DNA of 63,332 bases from Polymyxa betae A26-41 (lineage: Eukaryota > Protista > Endomyxa: Phytomyxea). The DNA lies in assembly GCA_003693705.1 (NCBI GenBank), contig RBZT01000292.1, forward strand, positions 1 to 63,332, written 5' to 3'. Shown one piece after another: positions 52,768 through 63,332 of this stretch. Position numbers and translations under genes: made by a program. Every line of letters starts with the position of its first letter. The first letter of the stretch is position 1. The notes under the pieces are model-generated. The model searched no databases, was not told the DNA's origin, and worked only from the letters and a program-made list of their open reading frames with translations.

Positions 52768-55261
52768 CAGGCCTCTACATATAAGGCAAATGCCGAATAT
52801 GCCGATTTTCGGTAAAAAACGGCATCGGATAGGATCAATATAAGGCATATAAGGCAAAATTACATAAACTCCAACAATGCGGGGCTTCTATTTTGAATTG
52901 GCAACGAATTGACGACAATGAAGGATTCCTTTCGAGCGAAAAATTGCTCAGGGCACTTCGATGAGCATCCTTTTCCCATTTCAAGACCGAGAAGTCCGAT
53001 TTGACTGTTGCAGTGTTCGGAAACGGACAAGCCAAGCCTCCAAAGAACTCAACTAACTCCGGGAAACGATCTTTCAGTCCAGGAATAGCCCAAGCTTCTT
53101 GAAAGTCGGAGTTTGCACCAAGTTTCGCAAGTGCACCGGGCAGACGAGGTTCCAGTCTGTTGGCCTCTATGAGCAATTTATGCTGCTCAACAATCCGATC
53201 GATCTTGGTGGCGTCCCAAGAATGCATAAGTCGAGTGTGGTACGACATGACGAGTTCAGTCACATCGCGAGGCTTTAATGCAACAATCTCTTGAGGTAAC
53301 GTTGGCGGATGAATGTAATCAGCGGCTTCTCCTCGAACTGCAGATACTTTTATCAGCCCTTCCAGAATGAAAGAAAGGAATTCTGCCACTAACTGGCACA
53401 CGTTGACCGCATCCAAATTGCTCAACTGTTGAAGTGACTGAAACACAAAGATTCCTTGGTCTTTGAGAAATCCAGAAAGCTCCTCTTTCGAGAATCCCCA
53501 ACAGCCAATTATGAAATCAAATGCCCGCTCATTTGTTTCAAACTCCGGACTGTTCAAGGGCCCTTCAACAAAGGCGCATGTTTTCAGGTTAGCAATCAAC
53601 TGATCGACTTCATGTGTTTGGGTTGAAAGCGTCACTGTTTTGCCTTGAAGCTTCTGCACGACAAGGTTGACCTGAGTGGAGATATCGGAAACCGCAGCGA
53701 GAAGAATCCACCATTTTGCGTCGGGTCTAAAACGTATTGAATCACCTCCTTCTTCCTCAATCCTGTCAAAATGGTCGAAGATATCTGCTCGATGTTCAAG
53801 CAAAAAACGGGAAACACGGCTCATTGACACACAACGGGTGGCAGATAACAGGGGACACACCGCCTGGATTTTATCGCAGAAAAGCTTCTGCTTCCGAAGA
53901 TGCGAGACCAGGCTGGTCAAATATCGGCCCTCATCGATAGACTTGATTGCCTTCTGCAAGACAATGTCAATTTGATGTAATAAGCACCAGACCCGGATGA
54001 AGCCTGGATTCGTGATTTCCTGCTGGATGCGTGTAACGACACCAGAAATGCTACCAGTCATGTTTGCAGCTCCATCTGTTGAACAGCCAATGAGTTTGCT
54101 AGGCCAATCCGGACAAAACGCCTGAAACAATTTGGTGAACATCTCGAACATTGCCGCCCCACTATGACGTATTTCAAAAGGAACTGCAATCACATGAAGA
54201 TTATGAATCTTAGCGGCTTGAAAGAACCGAACCCTAACATCGATGAACGAGGTCCCGTGAATATCTGTGGAGCCGTCAAATGCAACAGAAAACGCCCAGC
54301 ATGTAGTTAAAGCGTCCATAATTGCTTGAAACGAGGCGGCGTAAGCAATGCGGACATATTTCGCAACATGGAGCTCGTTGCAAAAGCCCAGCTTAGGAAC
54401 AGTAAGTATTTGCTTGGCGTCTTGGATTGCTGCGGCGGCCATTCTGAAAGACATTCCATGCCCAACAAAACGCACAGCTAGCTCGAATTGTTTGACTTGG
54501 TTCACTTCCACAGTATGTACTTCGTGGTCGGCATCAAAAACAAACAAAGACGTAGATTCCTGAGCGTTTGGCGGGAAAAGCATGTCCGAAATGATCACAT
54601 CGACAATTTTCTTGTTGAATTGGAATCGCAGAGTGGAAGAACGTGGCTCCAAATACGCCTCGAGTTTGTTCGCATGCTTTTCGCTTTCAGAAACGTCAAA
54701 GAATGATTCCATTTCTTCCTTTGAACTCGACTTGTACTACTTCCATTTGGTTGGATGGTTCTTCAAGTGGTGTTGACGATAGTTCTCCGGCCGGAAGGGC
54801 GGACCTTCAAAGGTCCAACAGCTGGGTGTACTCTTGGAGTTCGCTTCTCGCCCAAACGATATACAAAATCGGCAACGCACAGCAACGACAGAATATGACA
54901 AAGGATCTCTCGCTGAAATAGCTAATCCATACTCTACCAAGTGTTTTTTCTGAAAAGGAGTTAACCGCGATCCAGCAAAGCCTTTACGAGCCCTTTTTGC
55001 AGCAGGTTCTTGAAAGCCGGCTTCTGTTCCTGCCTCAGGATTTTCATGAAGGGAAGGCATAGATCGTCGATGTCAGCAAATTCTAGGTCGATTTGAGCTG
55101 CAGTTCTACAGAGAGGGATCTACGGAGTGCGGAACAGCGAAAATTTCTCATATTAATTCAAAAAACTGATAAAAATATTTTTTAAAAAACGGCATCCCAT
55201 CGAAGTGAAAAAACGCCATTTAAGGCATCTATAAATAGATTGCCTTATATGTAGAGGCCTG
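52768..55261 (-). mobile_element. hAT-superfamily DNA transposon (about 2.5 kb), defective autonomous copy
   Basis: 22-bp TIR CAGGCCTCTACATATAAGGCAA at 52768 and its reverse complement ending at 55261; degenerate AACAG(C/G)C target duplication. Confidence 0.92.
52835..55060 (-). pseudogene. hAT transposase, inactivated
   Basis: BED-like CRFC..HLKNH, FDGSTD, STDGAANMTG and WCLLHQID motifs. There is an in-frame TAG at 54737-54739, TATVKSDFS where the catalytic E is expected, and a +1 frameshift before the expected LEGILHCRQF. Confidence 0.9.
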
Positions 55262-56029
55262 GAACAGGCATTGAAATAATGTAAGAAAATTTCGAAATTG
55301 GGCAGGGCCGCTCCCCAAAAGGTTGTTATTTCAAAATTGAGATATTCCCGACCTCTTTCATCAGCATCGCACCAACAACCCCGATTAGCACGTCTATAGA
55401 ATGAGGGTGGAGTTCAGCAAACGTTTAATTAAAGCAAAACAAGTGCTAAAAGAGAAATGAGACGAATTAGTGCCGTCAGACCAAAATTGTCAACGACATT
55501 GAGAGTCATAGCTTCGTGAAAGACTGGAAAACAAGCTGAACGATGAAGAAGTGCGACAATAATGTCTCAGAATAGTAAAGGATAACAAGCATTGAAATAC
55601 TATAGCAAAAAAATTTCGAATTTGGCAGAGCCGCCCCTGAAAAGTATGAAAAAAATGCGAAAAATGGAGAAATCCCGACGATGTTGATCAGCGTCGCCAC
55701 CAGCCACCACGATCAGCACATCTGTAGAATGAAGGTAATGCCAGAAAGCATTGAGGATAGGAAAAACGAAAGCCAAAAGAGAAATGGGACGAAAATATTA
55801 CTGATCAACCAACATCGACTACGACCTCGAGAGTCACAGATTCGGGAAAAGTCGCCGAGCAATGAACGAATGCAACAATGATGTTTTCGAAATTGTAAAG
55901 AGTTGTATGGCTCAGACAGCAATTGTTTTTATGCGAGTTCAGGTAGTGATTTATCAGACGGTAGCTGGCAAGCATCTGGTCGAACAGTTGTCGCGTTTGA
56001 TTTGCCAAGTACTAATTGATGCTGCGCGC

Positions 56030-56275
56030 AGTCGAGCTGTCGCATCACGACGAGCAGCGTGTCCGTCTTCGGGCCTGTCACCTGGGGACCAGTACGGGGA
56101 TCGGGAAGTTCATGTCTGCGTTGTTGGGATCGGGGCGGCCCTTTCCCACAAGATTCTCCAATATGCGCAGCCATCTCGATGACTAAGTCGGAATTGATAT
56201 CGGAGGCGGAATTGCTGATGCCGCTACCTCTGTCCGTCCGTTATGATCATGCCGAACTACTGATGATGGTCGCAT
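56030..56275 (+). pseudogene. Family-2 exon-1 fragment (closest to copy 1)
   Basis: GTCGAGCTGTCGCATCACGACGAGCA.CGTGTCCGTCT...CTGTCCGTCCGT.A.GA.CATG matches 30861-31100, with indels. Confidence 0.8.
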
Positions 56276-56609
56276 TAAACATTTATGAGATAAATTCCGA
56301 AAACTTGTCATACTGTGAGCGGGTGAATTTACGTGTTGCGACCTTCTGGTGATGACTGACCATCATATGATGAGTAACAGATTATTGCGGGTGGGTCTTT
56401 GGGGCAATTGCGCAACCATTCAATATATTGGGAGGAAGAATATCTTTGGGTTCGGTGAAACTCATATTGCGCGTAGGTTTTGCATTCAAATATAGAGAGG
56501 ACGCCTAACTAACCATAACTTTGCCACATGGATGAGTATATGGGGGGTGCGGCTTCCGTGACGCACTCTTCATCGTCTCGTTCCTCCTGCTTAATCAACT
56601 CCCAATACG

Positions 56610-59369
56610 ATGTCTCAAATAGATCGGTTGCTGCTGTTCCTCCTCGTCCATCTCTTTCTACTCTCCGTCACTGTCTGGGCTGCGTCCCCTTTACAGTCAC
56701 CATCAAGTCCGGATCTGATCCATGCGGACCTCTCCTATCCGGAATATGACCTGCAAAACTTACGAATCGACGACGACGACCACGATACGAACGTCAATGA
56801 TTCCGCTGACGACGATGAGGACGCCGTCGTACTGGCCCACGACCTGATTCTGTCGACGATCGCGACGGAGGTCGACTCGCTGCACGTCTCGTCTGTTCCT
56901 ATCTGCTGCCGTGACGGACTTCCCTGAACAGTGGTAGGCTGGATGTGAACACGGACTCGGAGCTGGTCCAGATCCTGGGTCTCGTCCGGGAGCAGGTCGT
57001 GCAGCCCCCGCCGCGGACGGGCTGCGCGACGGACCGACAGAAGCTCGTTCTGCAGTGGGCGGACCTGGCCGTGGCCGTGTCGCGACGCCCCGAGCAGGAA
57101 GTCCGAATTCTGTCCGTTTGGATGGTTCATTATATTGCGTGCGGACTACTCGGTAACGAAACTACACCCGTCCCGGGCTCCGCCGCTTTGTTCCATCTCC
57201 TTTTGAACTTTGCCTTCCCGTCCATTATTATTCAGGAGCTACTCGCTATCATCAATCTCATGACACCGGATCAGTTCACAATACGAAATGAGAGAAACGA
57301 AACACCTATCATGGCCGCCTACAGGTAACATAAACCTCTTTAATCCGCTTTTGGTGTGATGTATGAGTTGTAAACCCTAAAACCCCCATTTGTCTACTTA
57401 ATTCTGATCCACTTGGATGTTTCTTGTATTTCCCTTAATGGCTCAGTACATTACCTCAACTATCACATTAACGTTACCATGTTCACGGGGCATTAGTCCT
57501 TGTTACGTTTCCTTACTGTTTGTTCCCATTCTAATATGATACCTGCACAGGGTCCTGCCGGAGTTCGACTCGTTTCAACTCTCACTCGTATCACGAGCTC
57601 CTCATCATGCTCAGATCGTATCAATGGCGGCCGTACTGGAGCACGTCTCTGTAGGGCGCTGGGCGCGGCATTTCGATATGGCCATCCGTGACGGACTGGC
57701 GTCCCTGGATTACAACTTGAAGGGTTTCTTGGACGAGCTCGGACTTTGTGACGAAATTATGCAATGCCGAGCCGAGTCCGCCATCCGAATCCGTCATCTT
57801 GTTTCACGCTGCGGGATCATCTATCCGCTCATGACGTATTTCCGCCCTATGACGCCTTCCCAGCAAACTCCGTCTAATACTCCGTAATTTACGTTTCCGC
57901 TTCGATACTGTTTTGTTGAGGTTGTCTTTGGTGCTGTGACAGATCGCCGGAGGAGTTCTGTGATCTTCAGCATTGGTAGGGTTTAACCAGTCAACCCTAA
58001 ACCCTTTTGAATATTGTCAGGTCTGTCGGTGACCGTGCTCTTGTCCTTAATACACTGTACTGGATCATGTCTGGGTCCATGACCTACTCCGAGATCTTCG
58101 GCCTCATACATTTCCCTCAAGATTATCAGAACCTTGGTCGGGCTCGGCCTCTCTACACTGTCCAAACGGAATTGATTTCAGATTAGGGTTTCCGAGCGCA
58201 ATCACGCAGAACGGCGGCGTTCGGGATCGGTTTCTGATCCATATCGACATGGTCGCGGACTTCTTCAATTTGGCGCTCCATTATACGGACTGTCTTGGTA
58301 TCGATCAGTTCGTATATTCACGCACTATCTCTGTATTGATCCCATTCATTCTATCAAGGTACATCATGATTGTATCAGCCGTGACTGGCTTTAAAACCCT
58401 AGTCTACGTTACAGAACCCTACCGGATCTTGAGGTTAACGCTCCCAGCGTATACGACCAGATCCATGAGGTGGCCGTATTATCGGGCCGGGACAATTGTG
58501 CAACAATTTACTCCGGATGATGTTGTATCTGATCCGCATTCATTACCGCGTCCCGTCGCTGTCCGCGTCCTGGACGGAGATATTCACGCGGTCGGACATT
58601 GTTGCAGTCCGTGATATTTGGAGTGATGTGTTGCGGACTGCTGAAGTGATGTTCGCTGTCCGTGGTTACGATACGACCCGGAACCCGGCCGTGGTCCGCG
58701 TAGTGGCCGCGCTCCTCTCGCAGCCGGAGTTGCGTTCGGAGCTGGTCTCGTACCCGCCCATTCCGATGTCCGCCACGCAGATGATGCTGGTCAAGTTCCT
58801 GGATCCTCTCCCGATCGATATCCGGACCCGTTTATTCATCGCTATTGATGATGATCACAACTTGGACGGGATCTTCCGTTTTAATGAATTCCCGCGTGAA
58901 ACCGAATATCTCGTCTCCTGTAACCACGCACTTTTCTCCATTTCGAAATCTCTTAAAGTTTTTTGTCCGTTTCAATTATCTCGTTTTCTCTATTAAATTT
59001 TCTGTAGTTTTATTCCGGAACTACGCACAGGCCGTCCATACGATCTTTTTCGAGGCGGCCTCCTCCCAGGTATCGAATATGTCCGAATGTATCTTCACGG
59101 ACTAAAGTTCAAATGGTCAGGACGTTCTCGGTGTGTCCGATGTCTGTTCAGTGTGTTTATAAGAACATTTCGTTTCGGACTCCGGATCGGACAATGTCAA
59201 CGTTACACTACGGACCCCGTGTGGACACTATTTCCACTCGCAATGTGTTATGGACTGGCTGCGATCCAGTAACGAATGCCCTCTGTGTCGTACTGTCATC
59301 TTCGATATCATGCAGCTGGTCTCTTACGCACGATGCCATCCGCTTCCGGTGATAGAGACATCCGGCTGA
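56610..59369 (+). pseudogene. Family-2 copy 3; RING exon has a premature stop
   Basis: MSQIDRLLLFLLVHLFLLSVTVWA signal and the conserved body blocks. The last exon reads DVCSVCL*(TAA 59160-59162)EHF...CGHYFHSQC..W..CPLCR. Confidence 0.8.
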
Positions 59370-60883
59370 TTCAGTTCTAGGGACATTCTTATCATCGGTC
59401 ACCTATAAATTTTTAAATTTCCGAAAACTGACTGTTGCGGAGTCGAACTGAACTCTCCCTGTTGCTCTTTCACCACCTTACGGCATTTCCAATCTCTTAC
59501 TGCATCTTTCGTAGCTTCCGCCATTGTCCGTTCTATGTTACATATGTACGAGCTATATTTTGCTTCTCTCCTTAATTGTGCTTGATTGTGGCGGATATGC
59601 GTGATAAGCTACTGAATTGATCTTCACGTTTACAAATGCGCAACCAATCCATTGCAAATAGATATTGATATGAAGTCCATTATATAGGCCATGCTCTACC
59701 TCACATTTGAATCAGCCGAGAAAGCCTTCCAGAACGCAAAGCTCTTTGAAACACATCTGACATATTATTAGTCAGATACAAACATACGATTCGTTGATCT
59801 TTGTTTCTCGTTTTTGTCGCCCTGTGACTCTGTTCTTTTCCAGACACCTCTTGGCTCAATATCATTACAAAATAGGGCGTTTTTTCATTTACTATCTTAT
59901 AATCGATTTTTAAAAAGTGTTTATTAGTTATGTATGAGTTCTAAAAGGCTGTCAAAATAAATCAAAGAGCCGACACGCGGCAAAATGGACGTCAGTTATA
60001 AGAGCGTATTTCAGACACCCAATAGCCAAACAATAACGTTATAGATTGAGAGATTTTGACGAAAGGAATATTTCTATAACGCGAACTTTTTTGAAGAAAT
60101 TACTGCGGAATTAGACGCGATATTTATAAGGGCATGAAATATTCAGGCACCTTGAAATATTCAGGCACCTTGATAGGAAAAAACAAATGCGCGAATATTT
60201 TGCGCGTTCGCAAACATAGGAAAAATTACAAATGCGCAATCGCGCAGATTGTTTCGACAGTAACTTTAAAAAAATTTCAACAGTTTCGTCGGCACTTTTG
60301 AAATCCACTTGGCATTATTTGAGGATTAAGACGGCCGGTACGGTATTATAGCAATAGAATAGGAATAAAAGAGAGAAAATCTAGTACTTGGTACGGTGTA
60401 GCACAATGTCTACAACGAGCGATCACGATTAGTTTTCGCTTGGAGCATCAAGCAGTTACAAAACCATCGTTCATGACAGAATTCGTCAGGATTCGCCAAA
60501 GCGAATTGACTGCGCCTAATTGTGATTCGCTTTGAAGGGGGCATACGAAAGGACCTGTTATCGATCTGCATTCCTTCTGTTACTATACGGACAGAGCACA
60601 CGATGGCCTCTACAGAACATTGAACGACCACCGATACCGATGTGATTAGAGCCGCAACCTGTCTATGATCCATATTGTAGCGATACAGTTGAATTCTTGA
60701 CCACCAGATGGTCAATTAACTTTATAGAGATCATTATCGAACAACTGCAATTGAATTGGTGGGACCTCTATGTTTTAATCGCAATATTCTACTTGAAGTT
60801 GAAGGGAAGGCGCGGAATCGTCAATAGAAGTGCGCGGTAAAAATGCAGGAGCAGATCTATTTTGAGCGTTACATACATTGATA

Positions 60884-61500
60884 TCAACACTGACCGTCTT
60901 GCCTGAATTGTTTCGGGCATCGCCTTTCCTTCCAATCAGTATGGAAAGAATTCGCACCCCAACGCCTGCAGAATTGGTCATCATCATAGCCGTAGTGTTC
61001 ACCAAAGCATTTAAAGCACAGAATACTACTGGGTTCGGAGAGAGCTTGAGAAATTGTTGATGCTGTGACCCTTCCATATTCTATCCATGCAACCAATGGT
61101 TTCGAGTTTGTTCTTTGTATCAATTTGGTTCAGATCTCGATGTTCGAGGTCGAAATTACCATCAATACGCCGTTTAATGGCTCTATATCGTACCAGTTCA
61201 CTGGAGCCAAGCTGCGTGATATTATCTGGATATGACCAAGTTCCAGACGCCAGGACTTGAACACCGAACCTATTCAGCACAGCTGTCCGAGTATCTCTTA
61301 GAAATTGAGTTCCTGCTTTCAAGGTCCGCCAATCAAGGAATAGTAATGTGAATGGAGAGTTAATTTTTAACAAGAGCCATGCAGATGGTAACGTATCGAG
61401 TCAACGTTCATCGCGGGAAGTTTTGGCGGAGCATCCAGAATCAGTCAAATAAGAGATTCATAATCACCGATCTTTTCGAAGAAATCAAACACTCCACGAA
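60884..61500 (-). pseudogene. Divergent single-domain relative of the Family-1 Cys/His domain
   Basis: KRRIDGNFDLEHRDLNQIDTKNKLETI..., then a frameshift, then FKCFGEHYGYDDDQFCRRWGANSFHTDWKERRCP...GQC*. This parallels LxC..CxxD...FQSRWGNPFSH..LC...C. Confidence 0.55.
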
Positions 61501-61913
61501 GTTATTTGTCGTAATCTCTCTTTATCCCAGATTCGACTGCAAGCAAATCCACCCAACTTCGGCTTTGTGGAATGTTTTGGAGCCGAACCAAGTTCAATCC
61601 TTTCAAAGGGGTATCCACTCCCGTATCTATTAGCTCAAATTGAATATGGGAAAGCCTGAAACGATTCTTCACGCTACGCTCAGTCCGAGCAGCTCCAGCT
61701 ATAGTACGTTCCATGGCACCAATCACCAATGTTGATACTCTTTTCAGCCAGCGTGCGGGAATGCGCGAAGAGAGGCGTATTTTGAAGATTATAGGGAAAA
61801 TCCATCTGCTGCAAAAAAATGCGCGCAGAGTTTGGGAATGCCATGAACGCAGAAAAATTTGAGAGCCCCGAAACTACGCCGACGTCCGTCGATCAATATT
61901 CATTTGCCAGGAA

Positions 61914-63332
61914 ATGCTTGGCCCAGTGATAATCTACCTGATATTGAGCCTGTCTGAGTGCTTGGATACATTCAGTCCTGGGTCTAGTAATGTTACAGAC
62001 TATCTGAAACAGACCCATGTTACTGTCTATCAACCCGATCTCTATACTACAGACTCCGGAGTAAGAGTAATGTGCAGAAATATGACACATCTGTCTAACT
62101 TGCAATATAGGAACCTTTCCTCCATAATTTATATCCAATTCATGATTATTCGGATCCATATTTCAACAGCTTTGATCCCTCGTTTGATTCTGACCTCAAT
62201 GTAAATTTTGGTGTGTAATTCTGATATTATGAAATCAATATATTATTCAGATAATCACTGAGAATGAAATTCGTGAGATATTGAACACTCTACCCGATAT
62301 TGGATCTGTATCAACACCAACATCTTTATTACATCATACAGATATTGTTCCGGCCTTACCTCCCATTCAAGAAAATACGATTGTGAGGCTTTCTTATCGA
62401 CTCTCTTATCTTGAACCCTCCATTGAGATTTTCATGATCAGAATGAATGCGGTAGTAATGCTACAGACTTTCTTGAAGAGATTCATGTTAATGTCTCTCC
62501 TCTCGACTTCCGTAATACAGAGCCTGTAGTATGATTGCTTTAGAATGATGTCACATCTCTTTAACTTGCATTATAGGAACCCATCCTGTATCATGATTCA
62601 AATCCAATCCAACATTTCTCTGATTGTTCCGGTTGCAACATCGTCTTAGATTCAACTTTTGATTTCGGCCTGGATGTAAATTTGAACGTTTTGAATGATC
62701 CTATATCTGCTGTATTATGAAATTGATGTATTATTCAGATATTCACTGAGATTGGATCTCTATCATCACCAGAATCTGTATTTCCCCCGGCTTTACATTC
62801 AGTTCCGAAAACTATAAATGTAATGCTTCCTGGTCGCTCTCTTGTCATGGAAATCTCTGACATTCTCATAATCAGATTTCTGGGCCAAGTTATGTTACAG
62901 ACACTCTTGAAGTGACTCGTGGTCATGTCTCTCCTCTCGACGTCCATAATACAGAGCCTGGTGTACGATTGCTGTTCCAAAAAGATGTCACATCTCATTA
63001 ATTTGCATTTTAGGAACCGATCCTCCATAATTCATATCCAATTCAAGATTTTGATATTGATCTGGATATAGATTTTAATGTATGAAATGACTATATAACT
63101 GTGATATTATGAGATTGATTTATTATTCAGAAATTCACTGAGAATGAAATTCATGAGATGTTGGACTCCAGACCTGATATTGGATCATTTCCAACACAAA
63201 TATCTTCATTACCCCATACAGATGTTGTTCCGGATTTACCTCCTATTCAGGAATCTATGAACGTAATGTTTCCTTATCAAGTCTCATATTTTTACAATCC
63301 TGAGATATTCATAACGACCCTGCTAGGCGTAC
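61914..63332 (+). CDS. Family-1 copy D (5' part, three acidic modules; runs off window)
   Basis: MLGPVIIYLILSLSECLD start. Nine short exons separated by phase-0 GT-AG introns read open by manual splicing. The acceptor after about 63310 appears altered. Confidence 0.75.

Larger units (their letters stand above)
52520..55830. repeat. Degenerate about 330-bp tandem array interrupted by the hAT element
   Basis: ATCAG.ATCGCACCAAC...GCAC.TCT.TAGAATGA.GG recurs at about 52556, 55360 and 55687; AAAACAAGTGCTAAA.GAGAAATGAGA recurs at 52627 and 55436. Confidence 0.7.

Noticed and set aside
61914-63332. CRISPR-like or satellite array
   Set aside because: The units are long, divergent exon-intron modules in a eukaryotic gene, with no constant repeat/spacer pattern.

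Overview
Eukaryotic, intron-rich genomic DNA with short (about 45-110 nt) GT-AG introns, three minus-strand tRNAs and scattered TTAGGG/TTTAGGG motifs. It looks like an effector-rich, transposon-littered region of a biotrophic protist parasite; a plasmodiophorid (Phytomyxea) is my inference and is not shown by the sequence. Conserved genes are a FANCJ/RTEL1-type Fe-S helicase (10648-17391, -) and an ATP4-like P2-type cation ATPase (35718-40019, -) with an unusual signal-peptide-like N-terminal extension. Two multi-copy secreted-protein families dominate. Family 1 has a signal peptide, a variable number (1, 1, 2, >=3) of acidic three-exon phase-0 modules, an RKRPR NLS and three Cys/His 'PxLxC..CxxD..F..WG..H..C' repeats. 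It occurs as 4 long copies, several fragments and a divergent single-domain relative, and its architecture suggests a secreted, modular transcription-factor-like effector. Family 2 has a signal peptide, a helical/ankyrin-like body and a C-terminal RING-H2 domain (3 copies plus 2 fragments). Also present: a defective autonomous hAT transposon, two hAT MITEs (one with a perfect 8-bp TSD), a 30-bp-arm hairpin and an assembly gap. All gene models were spliced by eye, so exon boundaries are approximate.
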